Of a DNA stretch of 12,151 nucleotides, positions 7,401 to 12,151 are shown piece by piece. How positions within the stretch are numbered: position 1 is the first letter of the stretch; every line of letters starts with the position of its first letter. Location: contig CAZDTP010000087.1 of assembly GCA_964508365.1 (NCBI GenBank), positions 1 to 12,151 on the forward strand, written 5' to 3'. Made by a program: the position numbers and the translations under genes. The notes below the pieces were generated by a model, which searched no databases, was not told the DNA's origin, and worked only from the letters and a program-made list of their open reading frames with translations. This DNA comes from an uncultured archaeon. GTDB taxonomy: Archaea > Asgardarchaeota > Lokiarchaeia > Sigyniarchaeales > SOKP01.

Positions 7401-9146
7401 TAACCCATTTGCAACTGTTGTATCCCCCCAATTAGGATTAAAATCTTTAATTTTTTTATACAGTAAATCCTTTACTCCATCTCCATTAATATCTTGGATT
7501 TGGGATATTTTTGCTTCTCCCGGTTTTATAGCTCTTACCCACATTACATTATTATTTTTGCCATCAATTAACAAATATTTACCATACTTACTAATCGCAA
7601 ACAGATCATCAATCCCATCATGATTAATATCTCCTACATTTAAAAGATAAAAGGTCGTTGTTTGGATACTATACATAATATTAATATCAAAATCCCTATA
7701 CATAAACGCAGGATCCGTAAAATTTGATCCGTCAATAATGAAATCTTTATTACTAATTTTAAATCCATATATTCCTGCTGAATCTTGAGCAGATTTACCA
7801 GGTACTTGAACTACATATAAAAAAAACCTAATATCAGAACCAGTATTTATGATCGTAGGATATGAACTAGAATATAAATAAGTCGAGTCATAACTAAACT
7901 GTTCAAGGATTTCAAGGTTTCCATTATTAATATTAAATATTGTACCATTTATTCTATTATCATTTTGTTGAAACAACATATAATCGAGCCGACACCCCAT
8001 AACTAAAAAATCTTCTTTTCCATCGCCATTTATGTCCGGAATAGTAAAAAACTTTGCTCCTGCAATTTGAAATATTCTCTCTACACTTGAATAAGGAGAG
8101 GATATATCTTGTGAGTTATAATCAAGATATGAGTTTCTCCAATCCAAATTAATATCTGTAAGGGAAAAGAACTTAAAGCTATCAAGCATTATACCTAATT
8201 TTCCCGAAATTAGCATCACTTCCCCATTATCAGAAGCAACTAAAAGATCATCAACATTATCGTTATCAATATCATTTATGATAACAATATCGTCAATAGA
8301 ATTAGGCACATCAATTTCCGAAAAACCTTCTGGAGATATAGTAATCATCCTTATAGGAGGGATGTTATAACTCCAAAATTTTTGCCCATCTTTTTCATTG
8401 AGAGCTACTAATTCTCCATTTTCTGAACCAGCAATAATCATATTATCTAAAAGTTTGATTTTCCATATATCATTGGTTAGATCTTTACTATTTACCCACA
8501 GTTCGCGACCTGTCTTACCATCTAAAACAATCACTTTATACCATGCAGATATTGCCACGTCTGATATTCCATCATTATTGATATCGTTAATAGTTTGAAC
8601 ATCCCACGTATATGGAGTGTAATATTTCGTATTGAAAGTAGTCTGATCAACACTTTTTACTTGTGGTCTATAAATCCACAATTCCTCACTATTTTTGGAA
8701 GAAATTGCAATAACATTAGGATGCTCTTGGTCATAAACATTTAACACAATATCATCAGCATTATCTCCTGAGATATCATCGATTAAATCAAAATCAATAA
8801 CTTCTCCAAAAGTTATATAGCTCATTTCAATATACCCATCCAATGAAATCGTGGCTAGACTACCATCCATACCAATAACAACGTATGGGTCTCCCCCCTG
8901 GGTAAAATTAACTAATCTTGGTTGCATTGTTGATCCCGTTCCAATTAAGCCTTGACCATATTTCCAGAGAATTGCATCTTCTTTAGGTTCCTTCGGTTGA
9001 TTCTCGGAGGTAAGAGCTAAATTAGAAGTACTTAAATAAGATAAAGAAGATTCGATAACCGGCAGAATTAGCATAAATAATATTAAAAAAATTTCCAAAC
9101 TATGATAGAGGCTTCTTAATTTCATTGTAGTTTTAATTTCGACCAA
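4428..9146 (-). CDS. Large membrane-anchored surface protein with FG-GAP/integrin-alpha-type Ca-binding beta-propeller repeats, a central beta-rich insert, a C-terminal Ig-like domain and a TM anchor
   Basis: N-terminal hydrophobic signal (aa 19-31). D-x-[ND]-x-D-[GNS]-x-x-D-type loops at aa 124, 188, 292, 371, 506, 552, 619, 1195, 1274, 1356 and 1418, plus a degenerate loop at 1007. PQQ-like LDGKTGRELW, LDAKTGEILW and IDGSNGVVLW motifs. Ig-like segment at about aa 1440-1524, TM at about aa 1526-1548, then KRR. Start is TTG 9146 or ATG 9125. Confidence 0.9.
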   Translation of the reverse strand: MVEIKTTMKLRSLYHSLEIFLILFMLILPVIESSLSYLSTSNLALTSENQPKEPKEDAILWKYGQGLIGTGSTMQPRLVNFTQGGDPYVVIGMDGSLATISLDGYIEMSYITFGEVIDFDLIDDISGDNADDIVLNVYDQEHPNVIAISSKNSEELWIYRPQVKSVDQTTFNTKYYTPYTWDVQTINDINNDGISDVAISAWYKVIVLDGKTGRELWVNSKDLTNDIWKIKLLDNMIIAGSENGELVALNEKDGQKFWSYNIPPIRMITISPEGFSEIDVPNSIDDIVIINDIDNDNVDDLLVASDNGEVMLISGKLGIMLDSFKFFSLTDINLDWRNSYLDYNSQDISSPYSSVERIFQIAGAKFFTIPDINGDGKEDFLVMGCRLDYMLFQQNDNRINGTIFNINNGNLEILEQFSYDSTYLYSSSYPTIINTGSDIRFFLYVVQVPGKSAQDSAGIYGFKISNKDFIIDGSNFTDPAFMYRDFDINIMYSIQTTTFYLLNVGDINHDGIDDLFAISKYGKYLLIDGKNNNVMWVRAIKPGEAKISQIQDINGDGVKDLLYKKIKDFNPNWGDTTVANGLINELLTLDAKTGEILWEFNLPFPQYYEGLRDLLDIGDINDDSIDDYAAWMIPSELPNSTKNIIKNLSGNSSLNLNDKEREEAIYRVLLSNYTKLIIIDGSNGVVLWNTTLVDFNYNFYRDYANLGTYTNPLNLSSSGGDYYLRTNHQLPESWINGSDEIMWNKEWSPSSLFHAKSIGVEYGDYISGSLLDLSDKVGNYTIRAQEQPWSNLWATSVNLTFPLNFSGEKQLGLMEYPLSQLDRFAAMKIQTSLLVNDSANPNWYNCTYEIYNESSGKWILCNWSRNIYWDSRYPDLYGSFNNSDNGGYRNDYNNFTFSTDFRDDEMYVMTRGTYNREKGLHFDYENETTLSDFIDSNKQITIRLNVTNGNKAFEAIMQNFGIGAFYWGLYGNQYDRYYIYDYNLSSENYFTDINLLNLEVQAFKVINGTGDKYLDVLVVIGNDITNNSFNTKLRFFDSKYQKSYTKWSRTHTNIPYQPLTILPMNYSLNYWILSGTFVTGTTHYFSIKLIKNPHWDIQLSYFDNYDESKTIINFHWSINSSGYDILGKVNVTKDGKKIGLILGDSVSIDKCIKIVDVSTTTITSRIATDQLLSSGGIAEDNIPNTGYKLLLSYDDFNGDNYLDHVGYYLKTYPNRFGGYQTTELRIYSGNSGENEFKVLFTYTPPVSEHWKEYGNNHQLSLEGGVKLPFASIGDVNTDGISDAIIGLQMGKINKGNSFIPFKGANISYYDISSSSENDATEITAKKWILEPFHFIMKDWGFSSRIDFFDFIKNIGDFSGDGNDDVLVSRYVYDKTLYSLYMDIYSYSDKKTLEILDPIDQKTLFRFNLDMDSFYPLDDVNEDGKRDGIITYGETFICINSKFTVHFSNLEEGLKMQTNDFTIKWETTGNYDYFKVFINGNEYGSITSTNLFVSLGSGIKKIDIYMYSRDGCVIAIDTVTINVPADFLFLGLIIMISAVFACVFITYYQIIKRRGNELLIIDATLKKEGENEN

Positions 9147-9285
9147 GTTTTAATTGAAATTAAAAACTTTTTGTTGTTTTTAATGCTCATGTCTTTAGCA
9201 TATTTAAAAATGATATGTAAATATTTAAATTATTTTAGGTTTTTTAGATTAGATCTTAATATAACATCGTATGAATTTAAATCAT

Positions 9286-9297
9286 AAACTTTATATA
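9286..9297 (+). promoter_or_regulatory. Candidate BRE/TATA in the divergent 9147-9408 intergenic region
   Basis: AAAC-TTTATATA, preceded by the near-palindrome ATGAATTTAAATCAT (9271-9285). Minus-strand TTTAAATA boxes at 9208-9201 and 9229-9222 face the giant gene. Confidence 0.35.
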
Positions 9298-9408
9298 CTC
9301 ATTTATTAACTTATTTATTGACTAAAATTTTTCACAAAAATGTAAATAAAATAAAAATTTGTATAATAAATAATTAATTAAAATTATTTTTAAATTGGAA
9401 GGATTATA

Positions 9409-9927
9409 ATGAAATCTATGCAAAAATATACGATCTTCTTAGTAGGGGTATTTATTATTACATTATCTATTTTTCCTATGTTTGCAGCAGCTTCTTATCC
9501 CCCTGAATGGATATATGCTGAAGATGATAATGTGATAAAAGGAACTACAATTAGTGGGTCTTACATGAATACTTTTTCTCACGATTTTTCTTATCATACT
9601 ATTAAATGCGCCTCAGGAGGTTGGTGGGGTCCTTGGGAAGCAATAGTATCTTATGAATTTTATGGTAAATGCAGCCTAGTGAAGATATGGGTAACTGTAG
9701 ATCCATTAATTTATGGGAATTGTTTCTCTGCAACAGCGTATTATACGACGGGTAGTCCACAATATTTGGGGTATTTTAATCCTCAAAGCTATTATACTTT
9801 TAGTTTAGATAGTAGTAGAATTCTTACAGAGATTAGGATACGATATTACCTAGGTTGGAACATCGTTATAACTAATCGATATATAAAAATTGATTATATA
9901 AGTTGTTATTGGACAGGGCATCTGTAG
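9409..9927 (+). CDS. Secreted 172-aa Tyr/Trp-rich beta-sandwich (jelly-roll/CBM-like) protein
   Basis: Signal peptide MKSMQKYTIFLVGVFIITLSIFPMFAAA; GGAAGGA at 9397-9403; 19 Tyr, 7 Trp and 4 Cys (67, 88, 105, 166); no C-terminal anchor. The fold call is inference. Confidence 0.85.
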   Translation: MKSMQKYTIFLVGVFIITLSIFPMFAAASYPPEWIYAEDDNVIKGTTISGSYMNTFSHDFSYHTIKCASGGWWGPWEAIVSYEFYGKCSLVKIWVTVDPLIYGNCFSATAYYTTGSPQYLGYFNPQSYYTFSLDSSRILTEIRIRYYLGWNIVITNRYIKIDYISCYWTGHL

Positions 9928-9960
9928 AAAAAGTTCTTGATTTGATTTAAATAATTAATA

Positions 9961-9996
9961 ATCATCATCATCATCTTTTCTTTTCTTTTTATTTTC
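9961..9996 (+). terminator. (ATC)5 microsatellite followed by a T-rich tract, likely terminator of 9409..9927
   Basis: ATCATCATCATCATC (9961-9975) is followed by TTTTCTTTTCTTTTTATTTTC. Confidence 0.45.
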
Positions 9997-10034
9997 TTAC
10001 TAAATTTAGGCTTTGACCTTACATAGTAAAAATT

Positions 10035-10556
10035 ATGAAAGATAAGCAGAGGGAGAAAGAGATCATTGACAAGGTCTTTAGTATCTTAGTAAGCAAACAA
10101 TACTTAGTGGAAAATTACCCTCGAAGAGCCAGCGGCTCGGAGTCTATGCAAACTTCTTTTGCGGTCGGACCTCACTACCAAAGGGTGTTAAAAGACTATT
10201 ACGATTCCCGAGATAGTTCGATAATTACTTACGAACCGGTGGAACTAGAATCCGAGCATACATCTAGTTTAGGACAAACGCATATTTCTGAAGGAACGCC
10301 AGATAAAGAGTTTTTAGACCCGATTAAGATAAGAAGCGCCTTGACAAAACATTTTGCTCCTATTTTATATTACGAATACTTTACTATGCATAAAAACATG
10401 AACTACAAAAAATACGAGAAGGTGCTTAAAACAGCTCGGGAATTGCTTCCAAAGTTTTTACACAGCGTTTACAAGGAATATTACAAGGTAAACTACGCAA
10501 CAAAAAAATTAAAAATTAATTTTTACTCAATTCTGATAATTATTTTCTTTTTTTAA
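10035..10556 (+). CDS. Hypothetical protein; C-terminus probably not native
   Basis: 173-aa ORF with no family I recognise. The last ~19 codons (KKLKINFYSILIIIFFF) are the antisense of the neighbouring pseudogene's end and T-rich downstream tract. Confidence 0.65.
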   Translation: MKDKQREKEIIDKVFSILVSKQYLVENYPRRASGSESMQTSFAVGPHYQRVLKDYYDSRDSSIITYEPVELESEHTSSLGQTHISEGTPDKEFLDPIKIRSALTKHFAPILYYEYFTMHKNMNYKKYEKVLKTARELLPKFLHSVYKEYYKVNYATKKLKINFYSILIIIFFF

Positions 10557-10944
10557 GAATTATATAAACAACAGTTATTAGTACGACTCCTCCTGCAGCA
10601 GAACCAACAACAATCGCTATGATGACTCCTAGTGGCACACCCTCACTTGGAATACTTTTGATAATTGTGATTTCTTTAATTACTTCATTTCCTGCTCGAT
10701 CGCAGGCATAGAATGTAATGATAACATTCCCTTTGGGTAAATTATTCCAAGCTTCCTGGTCAAATGTGGATTCGTTAGTAATGGAATATGTAGTTAAACC
10801 ACCATCAAATGAATACCATAACAGGTCTGGATTATCCTCTATAACGCTTATGTTAAAAATAGGTGGAATTTTACCAAATTTTTAACCTTCAATGGGAGAG
10901 TTGAACATAATAACTGGAGCTACAGTATCTTTTATTAAATCAAT
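10540..10944 (-). pseudogene. Remnant of an Ig-like-domain, C-terminally TM-anchored surface protein
   Basis: My translation is IDLIKDTVAPVIMFNSPIEG*KFGKIPPIFNISVIEDNPDLLWYSFDGGLTTYSITNESTFDQEAWNNLPKGNVIITFYACDRAGNEVIKEITIIKSIPSEGVPLGVIIAIVVGSAAGGVVLITVVYIILKKRK*. In-frame TAA at 10884-10882 and 10947-10945; no signal peptide or upstream coding continuation. Confidence 0.85.
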
Positions 10945-11054
10945 TTATACTTTTATACTGCTTTAGTTCGCTTTTAGAAATGTTTAAGATTAATCGCTTA
11001 CACTGCATAAAGTATTTGCAAAGGACGTAAATTTTTATTGAGGGATACCGAAAC

Positions 11055-11223
11055 TTCAGCGTTAGAAAATCGTTTACTATAAAATCGCTCATCGTCTTTT
11101 TTAGGTAAAAAATTCTCTTTTAGAGTCTAAAAAATTTAAGGAAACTCGTATATTTAAAATTTTAGAGTTGGTAATATTTTTAAATAAAAAAAATAAGATT
11201 TAAAAATTAAATCTAACGCTGGA
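11055..11223. repeat. Long-range inverted repeat CAGCGTTAGA / TCTAACGCTG
   Basis: Perfect 10-bp arms at 11057-11066 and 11212-11221, extendable to 12 bp with one G-U pair and separated by 145 nt of AT-rich sequence. Confidence 0.7.
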
Positions 11224-11308
11224 TACGGGCTGAAACCCAGTCGTAATAACCTTTTGTTTCTAAGTGCTTAGGAATTTCTGCAAAAAATTGACTAGTTATT
11301 TCTTTAAC

Positions 11309-12151
11309 ATGTTTGACGCAGTTAATCGTGAGATATGGAACAACCCCCTATACGGAAAGGATCTTTCAGAAGACTATTTTGCTCAAATAATGAGAGATGA
11401 GCTCACTAAACCAGACTTTGTTCAATCAAAAATAATAAACCTTAACGATTTTAACGATAAAAAATCCTTTAACTTACATAGGGTCACTGAATTTATTCGT
11501 AGTTTAGCTCATGGTATAGATTCAGTATATTCGAAGATAAGTTTTATCGATGAATCTGGAAACTTTGAGGTTAGGACAGGTCTTTCTAGAAATGTTCAGA
11601 AGTCAGATTATTTTGTTACTGATGTAAAGTTAAGTTACGATCAGTTGTTCGCACTAAACATTAAGAAAATTTACGGACGTTCTGGTTTAGAACAAAATAT
11701 CGAATCTATGGATCTTGATAACCGAAGAAACACATTTTTAGTTAAACAATACAGAATCGTTACTCTTGAGGATGGTTCCTCCAGAGCCTTAGTTATAGTC
11801 ACTGGCGAGAGAATTAATACCCCAATTGGGTATGTTGACGGTATCGTGGTAAATGGCAAAATTATTCGGAACGCTTTACTTACTTATATTGACGGACGCT
11901 GCTTGTTGAGCGAGTTCTTTGATCCCGATTTAATACCGTTTGACGGGCTAGAGTTTTGGATAAACGAACAGTATTGGAGGAACTACGAGAATTACGTCAA
12001 AAAAGAATATGTTGACATTTACACTGTATTTTCTTTTACTGAAAGGAATGAACATAGAAACATAGGAACTCTCGTTCATTTGACCGATCCGTCTACAAGA
12101 AGCGATAATTTACTTTATGAACTTGTTAGGCTTGAACCCCATTTCCAATCT
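11309..12151 (+). CDS. 3'-truncated hypothetical protein (at least 281 aa; absent from ORF track)
   Basis: Stop-free from ATG 11309 to the window end: MFDAVNREIWNNPLYGKDLSEDYFAQIMRDELTKPDFVQSK...YRIVTLEDGSSRALVIVTGERINTPIGYVDGIVVNGKIIRNALLTYIDG...LVRLEPHFQS. The frame is also open from GTG 11264 and TTG 11288. No family recognised. Confidence 0.85.
   Translation, partial: MFDAVNREIWNNPLYGKDLSEDYFAQIMRDELTKPDFVQSKIINLNDFNDKKSFNLHRVTEFIRSLAHGIDSVYSKISFIDESGNFEVRTGLSRNVQKSDYFVTDVKLSYDQLFALNIKKIYGRSGLEQNIESMDLDNRRNTFLVKQYRIVTLEDGSSRALVIVTGERINTPIGYVDGIVVNGKIIRNALLTYIDGRCLLSEFFDPDLIPFDGLEFWINEQYWRNYENYVKKEYVDIYTVFSFTERNEHRNIGTLVHLTDPSTRSDNLLYELVRLEPHFQS

Noticed and set aside
6384-8598. Short ORFs 6384..6569, 6422..6604, 6622..6810 and 8398..8598
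   Set aside because: All are nested in the 1572-aa gene (antisense or alternate frame) and carry no motifs.
4428-9146. Calling the giant protein a true integrin alpha
   Set aside because: There is no GFFKR juxtamembrane motif (YQIIKRRG instead), no evident thigh/calf series and no integrin-beta partner in the window. FG-GAP-type loops are widespread in prokaryotes.
9183-9287. 34-aa plus-strand ORF in the divergent promoter region
   Set aside because: No ribosome-binding site, overlaps TATA-like boxes, and has the F/L/Y/K/N bias of AT-rich non-coding DNA.
10540-10640. Naming the pseudogene tail a Loki-CTERM sorting signal
   Set aside because: It has a TM plus basic tail but lacks the IPGY-like lead-in I associate with that signal; a generic anchor is all that is supported.
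11216-11250. Resemblance to group II intron domain V or a hammerhead core (GCTGGATACGGGCTGAAACCCAGTCGT)
   Set aside because: The 3' strand needed to close the DV basal stem is missing, no domain VI or RT gene is seen, and there is no CUGAnGA...GAAA arrangement.
11213-11347. Protein-like 44-codon minus-strand frame (...KEITSQFFAEIPKHLETKGYYDWVSARIQR*)
   Set aside because: No start codon; it is in register with and partly antisense to the plus-strand ORF, and the frame is closed repeatedly upstream.
11671-11859. 62-aa minus-strand ORF
   Set aside because: Antisense to the long open plus-strand frame 11309-12151.
1-12151. CRISPR array, tRNA, rRNA or transposase
   Set aside because: No regularly spaced repeats, cloverleaf, rRNA-like segment or transposase/integrase motif was seen by eye.

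Overview
AT-rich archaeal-type window. It is probably from an Asgard (Lokiarchaeia-like) genome; this is an inference from the style of the surface proteins and Ig-like repeat, the TTTAWATA boxes and the oligo-T terminators. The core is a minus-strand three-gene operon: a 1572-aa membrane-anchored surface protein with about 12 FG-GAP/integrin-alpha-type Ca-binding loops (4428-9146), translationally coupled to an ABC ATPase (3478-4431) and an ABC-2-type permease (2466-3458). Divergent from it is a small secreted aromatic-rich beta protein (9409-9927) that shares a 43-residue motif with the heavily N-glycosylatable central insert of the giant protein. The left end holds a 5'-truncated OB-fold-like gene, three small ORFs missed by the ORF track (335-445 -, 534-701 +, 1499-1654 -), a cytoplasmic Zn-dependent phospholipase C/P1-nuclease-fold gene (698-1411) and a 4-TM protein (1813-2370). 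The right end looks rearranged: a hypothetical gene (10035-10556), an unannotated pseudogene of an Ig-like/TM-anchored surface protein (10540-10944 -), an intergenic region rich in inverted repeats, and a 3'-truncated unknown ORF (11309-12151). No rRNA, tRNA, CRISPR array or transposase was seen.
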